A DNA stretch of 64,000 nt, taken from the NCBI RefSeq assembly GCF_988242995.1, contig NZ_OZ547043.1. One strand, written 5' to 3'. Numbering within the stretch: position 1 is the stretch's first letter; each line of letters starts with the position of its first letter. A program made the position numbers and the translations under genes. The notes beneath the pieces are model-generated. The model was not told the origin of the DNA, did no database searches, and saw only the letters and a program-made list of their open reading frames with translations. Of the stretch, positions 12,845 to 24,313 are shown piece after piece.

Positions 12845-13314
12845 TGAATCCACTGAAAGCCGGTGATATCGCACCGAAATTTAGCTTGCCGGATCAAGAC
12901 GGAGAACAAGTTAATTTGACCGACTTCCAGGGACAGCGTGTTCTGGTTTATTTCTACCCGAAAGCCATGACCCCCGGCTGTACCGTACAGGCCTGCGGCT
13001 TACGCGATAACATGGATGAGTTGAAAAAAGCGGGCGTTGATGTGCTGGGTATCAGCACCGATAAACCCGAAAAACTCTCCCGTTTTGCGGAAAAAGAGCT
13101 GCTTAACTTTACGCTCCTGTCTGATGAGGACCACCAGGTGTGCGAACAATTCGGCGTCTGGGGTGAAAAGTCCTTCATGGGCAAAACCTACGATGGTATT
13201 CATCGCATCAGCTTCCTGATTGACGCTGATGGCAAAATCGAACATGTCTTTGACGATTTCAAAACCAGCAATCACCACGACGTTGTGCTGAACTGGCTGA
13301 AAGAACACGCCTGA
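12844..13314 (+). CDS. bcp: Peroxiredoxin Bcp (thiol peroxidase)
   Basis: 156-aa ORF with PGCT peroxidatic Cys motif; start overlaps gcvR stop (TAATG). Confidence 0.95.
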   Translation: MNPLKAGDIAPKFSLPDQDGEQVNLTDFQGQRVLVYFYPKAMTPGCTVQACGLRDNMDELKKAGVDVLGISTDKPEKLSRFAEKELLNFTLLSDEDHQVCEQFGVWGEKSFMGKTYDGIHRISFLIDADGKIEHVFDDFKTSNHHDVVLNWLKEHA

Positions 13315-13509
13315 TTACTTTGCTCCATTCCGTGCTGGCTGCGCTTGCGGTCAGCACACCTCACTTCTCGTGATCAAGATCACATTCTCGCTTTCCCCTG
13401 CGACACGGGTGTCGAATTCATTTTTTGCTGAACGTTAATGACCATCATTTTTGTACCGTTCAGAATCCAGTTAATACATAACTTATTGAATATATTAAAT
13501 TAATCAGAC

Positions 13510-13526
13510 TGGCATCCTTTATGCAA
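13510..13526 (+). promoter_or_regulatory. Sigma54 (-24/-12) promoter of the hyf operon
   Basis: tGGcatcctttatGCaa: GG and GC elements 10 nt apart, ~40 nt upstream of hyfA start; hyfR (sigma54 activator) encoded at the operon end. Confidence 0.7.
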
Positions 13527-13566
13527 TATGAAATGCAATGTTTCATATCATTTTCAAGGAGCCGAC

Positions 13567-14184
13567 ATGAACCGCTTTGTGGTGGCCGAACCACTGTGGT
13601 GTACAGGATGTAATACCTGTCTCGCTGCCTGTTCGGACGTGCATAAAACGCAAGGTTTACAGCAACACCCGCGCCTGGCCCTGGCGAAGACGTCAACACT
13701 CACTGCCCCTGTCGTGTGTCATCACTGTGAGGAAGCCCCTTGCCTGCAGGTCTGCCCGGTCAATGCCATCTCCCAGAGGGATGATGCGATCCAACTCAAC
13801 GAAAGCCTTTGTATTGGCTGCAAGCTTTGCGCCGTGGTCTGCCCATTTGGCGCAATCAGCGCTACAGGAAGCCGTCCGGTGAATGCCCCTGCGCAATATG
13901 TTTTTCAGTCTGAGGGCTCACTCAAAGACGGAGAAGTAAACGCGCCGACCCAACATGCTTTGCTGCGCTGGGAACCGGGTGTCCAGACCGTCGCGGTGAA
14001 ATGCGACCTGTGTGATTTCTTGCCAGGAGGTCCGGCCTGCGTTCGCGCTTGCCCGAATCAGGCGTTACGGCTGATCACCGACGATAGCCTGCAACGTCAG
14101 ATGAAAGAAAAACAGCGCCTTGCCGCAAGCTGGTTTGCCAATGGCGGGGAGGATCCCCTTTCCCTCACTCAGGAGCAACGCTAA
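13567..14184 (+). CDS. hyfA: Hydrogenase-4 component A, 4Fe-4S ferredoxin-type
   Basis: ORF 13528..14184; start at MNRFVVAEP (205 aa); multiple CxxCxxCxxxCP clusters. Confidence 0.93.
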   Translation: MNRFVVAEPLWCTGCNTCLAACSDVHKTQGLQQHPRLALAKTSTLTAPVVCHHCEEAPCLQVCPVNAISQRDDAIQLNESLCIGCKLCAVVCPFGAISATGSRPVNAPAQYVFQSEGSLKDGEVNAPTQHALLRWEPGVQTVAVKCDLCDFLPGGPACVRACPNQALRLITDDSLQRQMKEKQRLAASWFANGGEDPLSLTQEQR

Positions 14185-16202
14185 TGGATGCCCTGCAATT
14201 ATTAACCTGGTCGCTGATCCTCTATCTGTTTGCCAGTCTGGCTTCGCTGTTTTTACTCGGTCTGGACAGACTGGCTATTAAGCTTTCCGGCATCACATCG
14301 CTGGTGGGTGGCGTGATTGGCATCATCAGCGGAATTACGCAATTACATGCAGGCGTAACTTTAGTCGCCCGTTTTGCCACGCCTTTTGACTTTGCCGATT
14401 TAACCCTGCGAATGGATAGCCTCTCGGCATTTATGGTGCTGGTTTTCTCCTTGCTGGTGGTGGTTTGTTCGCTCTATTCATTGACTTATATGCGCGAATA
14501 CGAGGGCAAAGGCGCGGCGGCGATGGGCTTCTTTATGAATCTTTTCATCGCATCGATGGTTGCCCTGCTGGTGATGGACAACGCTTTTTGGTTCATCGTG
14601 CTGTTTGAAATGATGTCGCTGTCTTCCTGGTTTCTGGTCATTGCCAGGCAGGATAAAACGTCAATCAACGCTGGCATGCTCTACTTTTTTATCGCCCACG
14701 CCGGATCGGTGCTGATTATGATCGCCTTCTTGCTGATGTGGCGCGAAAGCGGCAGCCTCGATTTTGCCAGTTTCCGCACGCTTTCACTTTCTCCGGGGCT
14801 GGCGTCGGCGGTGTTCCTGCTGGCCTTCTTCGGTTTTGGCGCGAAAGCCGGGATGATGCCGTTGCACAGCTGGTTGCCACGCGCTCACCCTGCCGCACCA
14901 TCGCACGCTTCGGCGTTGATGTCTGGCGTAATGGTCAAAATCGGTATTTTCGGCATCCTGAAAGTAGCGATGGACCTGCTGGCGCAAACGGGTTTGCCGC
15001 TGTGGTGGGGCATTCTGGTGATGGCGATCGGCGCAATCTCCGCGCTCCTGGGCGTGCTGTATGCGCTGGCGGAACAGGATATCAAACGGCTGCTGGCCTG
15101 GAGTACCGTCGAAAACGTCGGCATTATTTTGCTGGCGGTCGGTGTGGCGATGGTCGGTCTGTCACTGCACGACCCGCTGCTCACCGTTGTTGGACTGCTC
15201 GGCGCGCTGTTTCATCTGCTCAACCATGCGCTGTTCAAAGGGCTGCTGTTTCTCGGCGCGGGCGCGATTATTTCGCGTTTGCATACCCACGACATGGAAA
15301 AAATGGGGGCACTGGCAAAACGGATGCCGTGGACAGCCGCAGCATGCCTGATTGGTTGCCTCGCGATATCAGCCATTCCTCCGCTGAATGGTTTTATCAG
15401 CGAATGGTACACCTGGCAGTCGCTGTTCTCACTAAGTCGTGTGGAAGCCGTAGCGCTACAACTTGCGGGTCCTATTGCTATGGTGATGCTGGCAGTCACT
15501 GGTGGGCTGGCAGTAATGTGCTTCGTCAAAATGTACGGTATTACTTTCTGTGGAGCGCCGCGCAGTACACACGCTGAAGAGGCACAGGAAGTGCCAAATA
15601 CGATGATCGTCGCCATGCTACTGCTCGCGGCACTCTGCGTATTCATTGCGCTTAGTGCCAGTTGGCTAGCACCGAAGATAATGCACATTGCCCATGCGTT
15701 TACCAATACCCCTCCCGTCACTGTCGCCAGCGGAATAGCACTTGTACCCGGCACGTTTCATACACGGGTCACTCCCTCATTACTGTTGCTGTTACTACTG
15801 GCAATGCCTTTGCTGCCTGGCCTTTACTGGCTATGGTGTCGTTCGCGCCGCGCAGCGTTTCGTCGCACAGGAGATGCCTGGGCATGCGGCTACGGCTGGG
15901 AAAATGCGATGGCCCCGTCAGGCAATGGCGTGATGCAGCCGCTGCGTGTGGTCTTTTGTGCGCTATTTCGTCTACGACAACAGCTCGACCCTACGCTGAG
16001 GCTGAACAAAGGTCTTGCGCACGTCACCGCCAGGGCTCAGAGCACAGAACCCTTCTGGGATGAGCGGGTGATCCGCCCCATCGTGAGCGCCACCCAACGG
16101 CTGGCCAAAGAAGTACAGCATCTGCAAAGCGGCGACTTTCGTCTCTATTGCCTGTATGTGGTTGCCGCACTGGTTGTGCTGCTAATCGCTATTGCCGTCT
16201 AA
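14184..16202 (+). CDS. hyfB: Hydrogenase-4 membrane subunit B (NuoL/MrpA-like antiporter subunit)
   Basis: 672-aa polytopic membrane ORF. Confidence 0.93.
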   Translation: MDALQLLTWSLILYLFASLASLFLLGLDRLAIKLSGITSLVGGVIGIISGITQLHAGVTLVARFATPFDFADLTLRMDSLSAFMVLVFSLLVVVCSLYSLTYMREYEGKGAAAMGFFMNLFIASMVALLVMDNAFWFIVLFEMMSLSSWFLVIARQDKTSINAGMLYFFIAHAGSVLIMIAFLLMWRESGSLDFASFRTLSLSPGLASAVFLLAFFGFGAKAGMMPLHSWLPRAHPAAPSHASALMSGVMVKIGIFGILKVAMDLLAQTGLPLWWGILVMAIGAISALLGVLYALAEQDIKRLLAWSTVENVGIILLAVGVAMVGLSLHDPLLTVVGLLGALFHLLNHALFKGLLFLGAGAIISRLHTHDMEKMGALAKRMPWTAAACLIGCLAISAIPPLNGFISEWYTWQSLFSLSRVEAVALQLAGPIAMVMLAVTGGLAVMCFVKMYGITFCGAPRSTHAEEAQEVPNTMIVAMLLLAALCVFIALSASWLAPKIMHIAHAFTNTPPVTVASGIALVPGTFHTRVTPSLLLLLLLAMPLLPGLYWLWCRSRRAAFRRTGDAWACGYGWENAMAPSGNGVMQPLRVVFCALFRLRQQLDPTLRLNKGLAHVTARAQSTEPFWDERVIRPIVSATQRLAKEVQHLQSGDFRLYCLYVVAALVVLLIAIAV

Positions 16203-16212
16203 GGAAATCACC

Positions 16213-17160
16213 ATGAGACAAACTCTTTGCGACGGATATCTGATCATTTTTGCGTTAGCACAGGCCGTGATTCTGCTGGTGCTAACCCCGCTTTTTACGG
16301 GGATTTCCCGGCAGATACGCGCGCGAATGCACTCCCGTCGCGGACCGGGGATCTGGCAGGATTATCGCGATATCCACAAACTGTTTAAACGCCAGGAAGT
16401 TGCGCCGACATCTTCAGGTCTGATGTTCCGCCTGATGCCGTGGGTATTAATCAGCAGCATGCTGGTGCTGGCGATGGCCCTACCACTATTTATTACCGTT
16501 TCCCCTTTTGCGGGCGGCGGCGATCTGATCACCCTTATCTATCTTCTTGCCCTGTTTCGTTTTTTCTTTGCTCTTTCAGGGCTGGATACCGGAAGCCCGT
16601 TTGCGGGAGTCGGTGCCAGTCGCGAGTTGACGCTCGGCATTCTGGTCGAACCCATGCTCATTCTCTCAATGCTGGTATTGGCGCTGATAGCGGATTCCAC
16701 GCATATCGAGATGATCAGCAAGACGCTGGCGACGGGCTGGAACTCGCCGCTAACCACCGTACTGGCGTTACTGGCCTGTGGTTTTGCCTGCTTCATTGAG
16801 ATGGGAAAAATTCCCTTTGATGTTGCTGAAGCAGAACAGGAATTACAGGAAGGCCCGCTAACCGAATATTCCGGTGCCGGGCTGGCGCTAGCGAAATGGG
16901 GGCTGGGGCTGAAACAGGTCGTGATGGCAGCACTGTTTGTGGCCCTGTTTCTGCCCTTTGGGCGCGCGCAAGAACTTTCTCTCGCCTGCCTGCTGACTTC
17001 ACTTGTCGTTACGCTGCTCAAGGTTTTGCTGATTTTTGTACTGGCCTCAATCGCAGAAAACACGCTGGCACGCGGGCGTTTTTTACTCATTCACCATGTG
17101 ACCTGGCTTGGCTTCAGCCTTGCTGCGCTTGCATGGGTCTTCTGGTTAACCGGTCTGTAA
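16213..17160 (+). CDS. hyfC: Hydrogenase-4 membrane subunit C (NuoH-like)
   Basis: ORF 16192..17160; start at MRQTLCDGY (315 aa). Confidence 0.9.
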   Translation: MRQTLCDGYLIIFALAQAVILLVLTPLFTGISRQIRARMHSRRGPGIWQDYRDIHKLFKRQEVAPTSSGLMFRLMPWVLISSMLVLAMALPLFITVSPFAGGGDLITLIYLLALFRFFFALSGLDTGSPFAGVGASRELTLGILVEPMLILSMLVLALIADSTHIEMISKTLATGWNSPLTTVLALLACGFACFIEMGKIPFDVAEAEQELQEGPLTEYSGAGLALAKWGLGLKQVVMAALFVALFLPFGRAQELSLACLLTSLVVTLLKVLLIFVLASIAENTLARGRFLLIHHVTWLGFSLAALAWVFWLTGL

Positions 17161-17176
17161 GGAGCACTGACGGAAT

Positions 17177-18616
17177 ATGGAAAATCTTGCTCTGACGACG
17201 TTAATGCTGCCTTTTATCGGCGCACTGGTCGTTTCGTTTTCGCCACAACGTCGGGCCGCCGAATGGGGGGTTTTGTTCGCCGCGCTGACCACGCTGTGCA
17301 TGTTGTCACTGATCTCCGCGTTTTATCAGGCCGATAAAGTTGCCGTCACGTTGACGTTGGTCAACGTGGGGGATGTGGCGTTGTTTGGCCTGGTCATTGA
17401 TCGCGTGAGTACGCTGATTCTGTTTGTGGTGGTGTTTCTCGGTTTGCTGGTCACGATCTACTCCACGGGTTATCTGACGGATAAAAATCGCGAACACCCG
17501 CATAACGGCACGAATCGTTATTACGCATTTTTGCTGGTGTTTATCGGCGCGATGGCGGGACTGGTACTCTCTTCGACGCTGCTCGGTCAGTTGTTGTTTT
17601 TTGAAATTACGGGCGGCTGCTCCTGGGCGTTGATCAGTTATTACCAGAGCGATAAAGCGCAGCGTTCGGCACTAAAAGCGTTGCTTATTACCCATATCGG
17701 TTCGTTGGGGTTGTATCTTGCCGCCGCCACGCTGTTTTTGCAGACCGGAACGTTTGCGCTTAGCGCGATGAGCGAGTTACACGGCGACGCACGTTATCTG
17801 GTTTATGGCGGCATCCTGTTTGCCGCGTGGGGGAAATCGGCCCAGCTACCGATGCAAGCGTGGCTACCGGATGCAATGGAAGCGCCAACACCGATCAGCG
17901 CCTATCTCCACGCCGCATCGATGGTGAAAGTGGGCGTTTACATTTTTGCCCGTGCCATTATCGACGGCGGCAATATCCCGCATGTGATTGGCGGCGTTGG
18001 CATGGTTATGGCACTGGTCACCATTCTTTATGGCTTCCTGATGTATTTGCCACAGCAGGATATGAAGCGGTTGCTGGCCTGGTCGACCATCACTCAACTT
18101 GGCTGGATGTTTTTCGGCTTGTCGCTCTCCATCTTCGGCTCGCGGCTGGCGCTGGAGGGTAGCATCGCTTACATCGTCAACCACGCGTTCGCTAAAAGCC
18201 TGTTTTTCCTTGTAGCAGGTGCGCTGAGTTACAGCTGCGGCACGCGCTTGTTGCCGCGTCTGCGTGGCGTATTGCACACCCTGCCGTTGCCAGGCGTGGG
18301 TTTCTGCGTGGCAGCGCTGGCAATTACCGGCGTGCCGCCGTTCAACGGCTTCTTCAGTAAATTCCCGCTGTTTGCTGCCGGTTTTGCGTTGTCAGTGGAG
18401 TACTGGATCCTGCTGCCCGCCATGATTCTGCTGATGATTGAATCGGTCGCCAGTTTCGCCTGGTTTATTCGCTGGTTTGGTCGCGTCGTGCCTGGCAAAC
18501 CTAGCGAGGCCGTCGCCGATGCCGCTCCGCTGCCAGGATCAATGCGCCTGGTGTTGATTGTACTGATTGTGATGTCGCTGATTTCCAGCGTAATCGCCGC
18601 GACCTGGTTGCAGTAA
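17177..18616 (+). CDS. hyfD: Hydrogenase-4 membrane subunit D (NuoM/N-like)
   Basis: 479-aa polytopic membrane ORF. Confidence 0.92.
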   Translation: MENLALTTLMLPFIGALVVSFSPQRRAAEWGVLFAALTTLCMLSLISAFYQADKVAVTLTLVNVGDVALFGLVIDRVSTLILFVVVFLGLLVTIYSTGYLTDKNREHPHNGTNRYYAFLLVFIGAMAGLVLSSTLLGQLLFFEITGGCSWALISYYQSDKAQRSALKALLITHIGSLGLYLAAATLFLQTGTFALSAMSELHGDARYLVYGGILFAAWGKSAQLPMQAWLPDAMEAPTPISAYLHAASMVKVGVYIFARAIIDGGNIPHVIGGVGMVMALVTILYGFLMYLPQQDMKRLLAWSTITQLGWMFFGLSLSIFGSRLALEGSIAYIVNHAFAKSLFFLVAGALSYSCGTRLLPRLRGVLHTLPLPGVGFCVAALAITGVPPFNGFFSKFPLFAAGFALSVEYWILLPAMILLMIESVASFAWFIRWFGRVVPGKPSEAVADAAPLPGSMRLVLIVLIVMSLISSVIAATWLQ

Positions 18617-18627
18617 GGAGATGATGA

Positions 18628-19278
18628 ATGACCGGTTCTATGATCGTAAATAATCTGGCAGGACTGATGATGCTGACATCGCTGTTTGTGATTAGCGTCA
18701 AAAGCTATCGCCTGTCATGCGGATTTTACGCCTGCCAGTCACTGGTGCTGGTGTCTATTTTCGCCACCCTCTCGTGCCTGTTCGCCGCAGAGCAACTGCT
18801 GATCTGGTCCGCCAGCGCCTTTATCACCAAAGTGCTGCTGGTGCCGTTAATCATGACTTACGCTGCACGAAATATTCCCCAGAACATCCCGGAAAAAGCG
18901 TTATTCGGTCCGGCAATGATGACACTGCTCGCGGCGTTAATTGTCCTGCTTTGCGCATTTGTCGTTCAGCCCGTGAAGCTACCGATGGCTACCGGGCTGA
19001 AACCGGCGCTGGCGGTGGCGTTAGGTCATTTTCTGCTTGGCCTGCTGTGCATTGTCAGCCAGCGCAATATCCTGCGGCAAATCTTTGGTTACTGCCTGCT
19101 GGAAAACGGCTCCCATCTGGTGCTGTCGCTTCTAGCCTGGCGTGCACCGGAACTGGTGGAAATTGGTATCGCTACCGACGCCATCTTCGCCGTCATTGTA
19201 ATGGTGTTACTGGCAAGAAAAATATGGCGTACCCACGGCACGCTGGACGTGAACAACTTGACCGCGCTGAAGGGATAA
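18628..19278 (+). CDS. hyfE: Hydrogenase-4 membrane subunit E
   Basis: 216-aa membrane ORF. Confidence 0.92.
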   Translation: MTGSMIVNNLAGLMMLTSLFVISVKSYRLSCGFYACQSLVLVSIFATLSCLFAAEQLLIWSASAFITKVLLVPLIMTYAARNIPQNIPEKALFGPAMMTLLAALIVLLCAFVVQPVKLPMATGLKPALAVALGHFLLGLLCIVSQRNILRQIFGYCLLENGSHLVLSLLAWRAPELVEIGIATDAIFAVIVMVLLARKIWRTHGTLDVNNLTALKG

Positions 19279-19282
19279 TGAG

Positions 19283-20863
19283 ATGAGTTATTCTGTGATG
19301 TTCGCTTTACTCCTGCTCACGCCGCTGCTTTTTTCGCTGCTCTGTTTTGCCTGCCGAAAACGGGGGCACTCTGCGACTCGCGCGGTGACAGTATTACATA
19401 GCTTAGGGATCACACTGCTGCTGATTCTGGCACTCTGGGTGGTCCAAACTGCCGCTGATGCGGGAGAAATATTCGCTGCGGGACTGTGGCTTCATATTGA
19501 TGGTCTGGGCGGTTTGTTCCTCGCCATTCTTGGTGTGATTGGCTTTCTCACCGGTGTTTACTCGATTGGCTACATGCGTCATGAAGTGGAGCACGGCGAG
19601 CTTTCACCCGTTACGCTGTGCGATTACTACGGTTTCTTCCATCTGTTTTTGTTCACCATGCTGCTGGTTGTTACCAGCAATAACCTGATTGTGATGTGGG
19701 CGGCGATCGAAGCCACCACCTTAAGCTCGGCGTTTCTGGTAGGCATTTACGGTCAGCGTTCATCGCTGGAAGCTGCATGGAAGTACATCATTATTTGTAC
19801 TGTTGGTGTCGCTTTTGGTCTGTTCGGTACCGTGCTGGTATACGCCAACGCCGCCAGCGTTATGCCGCAGGCAGAAATGGCGATATTCTGGAGCGAGGTT
19901 CTTAAGCAATCGTCCTTGCTTGACCCAACATTAATGCTGTTGGCCTTTGTGTTTGTGCTAATTGGCTTTGGCACTAAAACCGGGCTATTCCCCATGCACG
20001 CCTGGCTGCCAGATGCTCACAGTGAAGCGCCGAGTCCGGTCAGCGCCCTGCTCTCCGCCGTATTGCTGAACTGCGCGCTGTTGGTGCTTATTCGCTATTA
20101 CATCATTATTTGCCAGGCCATCGGCAGCGATTTCCCCAACCGGTTGTTGCTCATCTTCGGCATGTTGTCGGTTGCCGTGGCGGCATTTTTCATTCTGGTA
20201 CAGCGGGACATTAAGCGTCTGCTGGCGTACTCCAGCGTGGAGAACATGGGACTGGTCGCGGTGGCGCTAGGCATTGGCGGGCCGCTGGGAATTTTTGCCG
20301 CGCTGCTGCACACCTTAAACCACAGTCTGGCAAAAACGCTGTTGTTCTGCGGTTCCGGCAATGTACTGCTCAAGTACGGCACGCGCGATCTCAACGTCGT
20401 CTGCGGAATGCTTAAAATCATGCCATTTACCGCCGTGTTGTTTGGCGGCGGTGCGCTGGCGCTGGCCGGGATGCCGCCCTTCAACATTTTTCTTAGCGAA
20501 TTTATGACCGTTACCGCCGGACTGGCGCGTAATCATCTGCTGCTTATCGTCCTGCTGTTATTGCTGTTAACGCTGGTGCTGGCGGGCCTGGTACGGATGG
20601 CTGCGCGGGTGTTAATGGCGAAACCGCCGCAGGCCGTTAACCGGGGTGAACTTGGCTGGTTGACCACCTCGCCAATGGTGATTCTGCTGGTCATGATGCT
20701 GGCGATGGGAACGCATATTCCACAACCTGTCATCAGGATCCTGGCGGGCGCTTCCACTATAGTCCTCTCAGGGACGCACGACCTGCCTGCACAACGTAGC
20801 ACCTGGCATGATTTTTTGCCTTCAGGCACCGCATCTGTTTCGGAGAAACACAGTGAACGTTAA
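19283..20863 (+). CDS. hyfF: Hydrogenase-4 membrane subunit F (NuoN/MrpD-like)
   Basis: 526-aa membrane ORF. Confidence 0.92.
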   Translation: MSYSVMFALLLLTPLLFSLLCFACRKRGHSATRAVTVLHSLGITLLLILALWVVQTAADAGEIFAAGLWLHIDGLGGLFLAILGVIGFLTGVYSIGYMRHEVEHGELSPVTLCDYYGFFHLFLFTMLLVVTSNNLIVMWAAIEATTLSSAFLVGIYGQRSSLEAAWKYIIICTVGVAFGLFGTVLVYANAASVMPQAEMAIFWSEVLKQSSLLDPTLMLLAFVFVLIGFGTKTGLFPMHAWLPDAHSEAPSPVSALLSAVLLNCALLVLIRYYIIICQAIGSDFPNRLLLIFGMLSVAVAAFFILVQRDIKRLLAYSSVENMGLVAVALGIGGPLGIFAALLHTLNHSLAKTLLFCGSGNVLLKYGTRDLNVVCGMLKIMPFTAVLFGGGALALAGMPPFNIFLSEFMTVTAGLARNHLLLIVLLLLLLTLVLAGLVRMAARVLMAKPPQAVNRGELGWLTTSPMVILLVMMLAMGTHIPQPVIRILAGASTIVLSGTHDLPAQRSTWHDFLPSGTASVSEKHSER

Positions 20864-22568
20864 TTCATCGTCAAATCGTGGCGAAGCGATTCTCGCCGCC
20901 CTGAAAACGCAGTTCCCCGGCGCGGTGCTGGATGAAGAGCGACAAACGCCTGAACAGGTCACCATTACGGTGAAAATCAATCTGCTGCCTGACGTTGTGC
21001 ATTATCTTTATTATCAACATGATGGCTGGCTTCCAGTCCTGTTTGGCAACGACGAGCGGACACTTAACGGTCATTACGCGGTTTATTATGCCCTTTCTAT
21101 GGAAGGGGCCGAAAAATGCTGGATCGTGGTGAAGGCACTGGTCGATGCCGACAGTCGGGAGTTTCCGTCAGTCACACCGCGCGTCCCTGCCGCGGTCTGG
21201 GGCGAGCGAGAAATTCGCGATATGTACGGGCTGATTCCGGTTGGCCTGCCGGATCAGCGTCGCCTGGTGTTGCCCGATGACTGGCCGGAAGATATGCATC
21301 CGCTGCGCAAAGATGCGATGGATTATCGACTGCGCCCTGAACCGACGACTGATTCCGAAACGTATCCGTTTATCAATGAGGGCAACAGCGATGCGCGGGT
21401 GATCCCTGTCGGCCCGATGCATATCACCTCCGATGAACCGGGTCACTTCCGCTTGTTTGTGGATGGCGAGCAAATTGTCGATGCTGATTACCGCCTGTTT
21501 TATGTCCATCGCGGCATGGAGAAACTGGCAGAAACGCGGATGGGCTACAACGAAGTGACCTTCTTATCCGACCGCGTGTGTGGGATTTGCGGTTTTGCCC
21601 ACAGTGTGGCCTATACCAACTCGGTTGAAAATGCACTGGGGATTGAGGTGCCGCAACGAGCGCATACTATTCGCTCGATTCTGCTGGAAGTCGAACGGCT
21701 GCATAGTCATTTGCTCAACCTTGGCCTCTCCTGCCATTTTGTTGGTTTTGATACCGGCTTTATGCAATTTTTCCGCGTGCGGGAAAAGTCGATGACGATG
21801 GCGGAATTGCTGACCGGGTCGCGTAAAACCTACGGTCTGAATCTGATTGGTGGTGTTCGCCGCGATATTCTCAAAGAGCAACGTCTGCAAACGCTGAAAC
21901 TGGTGCGCGAGATGCGCGCCGACGTGTCGGAGCTGGTAGAGATGCTACTTGCCACGCCGAATATGGAACAACGCACTCAGGGCATTGGCATTCTCGACCG
22001 ACAAATCGCCCGTGATTATAGCCCCGTAGGGCCGCTGATCCGCGGCAGTGGTTTTGCCCGTGATTTGCGCTTTGATCACCCCTACGCCGACTACGGCAAT
22101 ATTCCCAAAACGCTGTTTACCTTTACCGGCGGCGATGTCTTCTCCCGCGTGATGGTCCGTGTCAAAGAGACGTTTGATTCGCTGGCAATGCTGGAATTTG
22201 CCCTCGACAACATGCCAGATACCCCACTGCTGACCGAAGGCTTTAGCTATAAACCTCACGCATTCGCGCTGGGCTTTGTTGAAGCGCCACGTGGTGAAGA
22301 CGTGCACTGGAGCATGCTCGGTGATAACCAAAAATTGTTCCGCTGGCGCTGTCGTGCCGCCACCTACGCCAACTGGCCAGTGCTGCGTTACATGCTGCGC
22401 GGCAATACCGTTTCTGACGCACCGCTAATTATCGGTAGCCTTGATCCCTGCTACTCCTGTACCGACCGTGTGACGCTGGTTGATGTGCGCAAGCGCCAGT
22501 CAAAAACCGTGCCGTATAAAGAGATCGAACGCTACGGCATTGATCGTAACCGTTCGCCGCTGAAGTAA
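20853..22568 (+). CDS. hyfG: Hydrogenase-4 large catalytic subunit (NiFe, NuoC/D-like fusion); start uncertain
   Basis: ORF 20808..22568; GTG at 20853 overlaps hyfF stop and fits a HycE-like N-terminus; RxCGxCxxxH and DPCxxC Ni-binding motifs. Confidence 0.88.
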   Translation: MNVNSSSNRGEAILAALKTQFPGAVLDEERQTPEQVTITVKINLLPDVVHYLYYQHDGWLPVLFGNDERTLNGHYAVYYALSMEGAEKCWIVVKALVDADSREFPSVTPRVPAAVWGEREIRDMYGLIPVGLPDQRRLVLPDDWPEDMHPLRKDAMDYRLRPEPTTDSETYPFINEGNSDARVIPVGPMHITSDEPGHFRLFVDGEQIVDADYRLFYVHRGMEKLAETRMGYNEVTFLSDRVCGICGFAHSVAYTNSVENALGIEVPQRAHTIRSILLEVERLHSHLLNLGLSCHFVGFDTGFMQFFRVREKSMTMAELLTGSRKTYGLNLIGGVRRDILKEQRLQTLKLVREMRADVSELVEMLLATPNMEQRTQGIGILDRQIARDYSPVGPLIRGSGFARDLRFDHPYADYGNIPKTLFTFTGGDVFSRVMVRVKETFDSLAMLEFALDNMPDTPLLTEGFSYKPHAFALGFVEAPRGEDVHWSMLGDNQKLFRWRCRAATYANWPVLRYMLRGNTVSDAPLIIGSLDPCYSCTDRVTLVDVRKRQSKTVPYKEIERYGIDRNRSPLK

Positions 22569-22577
22569 GGACAGAAA

Positions 22578-23123
22578 ATGCTGAAGTTACTTAAAACTAT
22601 TATGCGCGCCGGAACCGCGACGGTGAAATATCCCTTCGCGCCACTGGAGGTCAGCCCAGGCTTTCGCGGGAAACCGGACCTGATGCCCAGCCAATGTATT
22701 GCCTGCGGTGCCTGCGCCTGTGCTTGTCCGGCAAATGCGCTGACTATCCAGACCGACGACCAGCAAAATACGCGCACCTGGCAGCTCTATCTGGGGCGTT
22801 GTATTTACTGCGGACGTTGTGAAGAAGTGTGCCCGACCAGAGCCATCCAGCTTACCAATAACTTTGAACTGACCGTCACCAATAAAGCCGATCTCTATAC
22901 CCGCGCGACGTTCCATCTACAACGTTGCAGCCGTTGCGAACGCCCGTTTGCCCCGCAAAAAACCGTCGCACTGGCTGCTGAATTGTTGGCACAGCAACAA
23001 AATGCGCCACAAAACCGCGAAATGTTATGGGCGCAAGCGAGCGTCTGCCCGGAGTGCAAACAACGCGCGACGCTGATCAACGACGATACAGATGTACCGC
23101 TGGTGGCTAAGGAGCAGCTATGA
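22578..23123 (+). CDS. hyfH: Hydrogenase-4 Fe-S subunit H (NuoI-like)
   Basis: 181-aa ORF with two CxxCxxCxxxCP motifs. Confidence 0.93.
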   Translation: MLKLLKTIMRAGTATVKYPFAPLEVSPGFRGKPDLMPSQCIACGACACACPANALTIQTDDQQNTRTWQLYLGRCIYCGRCEEVCPTRAIQLTNNFELTVTNKADLYTRATFHLQRCSRCERPFAPQKTVALAAELLAQQQNAPQNREMLWAQASVCPECKQRATLINDDTDVPLVAKEQL

Positions 23124-23878
23124 GTCCAGTGCTTACGCAACATGTCAGCCAGCCCATCACGCTGGACGAGCAAACGCAAAAGATGAAGCAGCATTTGCTA
23201 CAGGATATCCGTCGCTCGGCTTACGTTTATCGCGTCGATTGCGGCGGCTGCAACGCCTGTGAAATCGAAATTTTTGCTGCCATCACACCCGTATTCGACG
23301 CAGAACGTTTTGGCATTAAGGTTGTTTCATCACCGCGTCACGCCGATATTTTGTTATTTACTGGCGCAGTCACCCGAGCGATGCGTATGCCTGCACTTCG
23401 GGCGTATGAGTCTGCCCCCGATCATAAAATTTGTGTTTCCTACGGCGCGTGCGGTGTCGGCGGCGGTATTTTCCACGATCTTTACAGCGTCTGGGGCGGC
23501 AGCGACACCATTGTCCCCATTGATGTTTGGATCCCCGGCTGCCCGCCAACACCGGCCGCCACCATTCACGGTTTCGCCGTGGCGCTCGGTTTGCTGCAAC
23601 AGAAGATTCACGCTGTGGATTATCGCGATCCCACCGAGGTAACCATGCAACCGCTATGGCCACAGATCCCGCCATCACAGCGTATCGCCATTGAGCGAGA
23701 AGCGCGGCGGCTGGCGGGCTATCGTCAGGGGCGAGAAATTTGCGATCGGCTCCTGCGCCATTTAAGCGACGATCCTACAGGAAATCGGGTTAACACCTGG
23801 TTGCGCGAAGCCGACGATCCGCGTCTCAATAGTATCGTTCAGCAACTCTTTCGCGTTCTCCGGGGGTTACATGGCTGA
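23120..23878 (+). CDS. hyfI: Hydrogenase-4 small subunit I (NuoB-like)
   Basis: 252-aa ORF; start overlaps hyfH stop (ATGA). Confidence 0.93.
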   Translation: MSPVLTQHVSQPITLDEQTQKMKQHLLQDIRRSAYVYRVDCGGCNACEIEIFAAITPVFDAERFGIKVVSSPRHADILLFTGAVTRAMRMPALRAYESAPDHKICVSYGACGVGGGIFHDLYSVWGGSDTIVPIDVWIPGCPPTPAATIHGFAVALGLLQQKIHAVDYRDPTEVTMQPLWPQIPPSQRIAIEREARRLAGYRQGREICDRLLRHLSDDPTGNRVNTWLREADDPRLNSIVQQLFRVLRGLHG

Positions 23879-24284
23879 GGAGTGCGGGGAAATTGTTTTC
23901 TGGACGCTGCGAAAAAAATTTATCGCCAGTAGCGACGAGATGCCGGAACACAGCTCCCAGGTAATGTATTACTCGTTGGCTATCGGTCATCACGTTGGCG
24001 TGATTGATTGTCTGAATGTCGCCTTCTGCTGCCCACAGACGGAATACGAAGATTGGCTTGCACAGGTCGAAGAGGAGCAAGCCCGACGTAAGATGCTGGG
24101 GGTGATGACCTTTGGTGAGATTGTTATTGACGCCAGCCATACCGCCCTGTTGACCCGGGCATTCGCGCCACTGGCAGATGACGCGACGTCTGTGTGGCAA
24201 GCGCGTAGCATTCAATTCATTCATCTGTTGGATGAAATTGTGCAGGAACCGGCTATCTATCTGATGGCCAGAAAAATTGCGTGA
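23871..24284 (+). CDS. hyfJ: Hydrogenase-4 maturation/HycH-like protein
   Basis: 137-aa ORF overlapping hyfI end by 8 nt. Confidence 0.88.
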   Translation: MAEECGEIVFWTLRKKFIASSDEMPEHSSQVMYYSLAIGHHVGVIDCLNVAFCCPQTEYEDWLAQVEEEQARRKMLGVMTFGEIVIDASHTALLTRAFAPLADDATSVWQARSIQFIHLLDEIVQEPAIYLMARKIA

Positions 24285-24313
24285 GAAGGATTTCTCATTA
24301 ATAAGGACTGTTG

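Noticed and set aside
14738-15577. 279-aa alternative-frame ORF inside hyfB (Arg/Ala/Gly-rich)
   Set aside because: Overlaps a well-supported membrane-protein gene on the same strand; composition typical of an off-frame read through GC-rich coding DNA.
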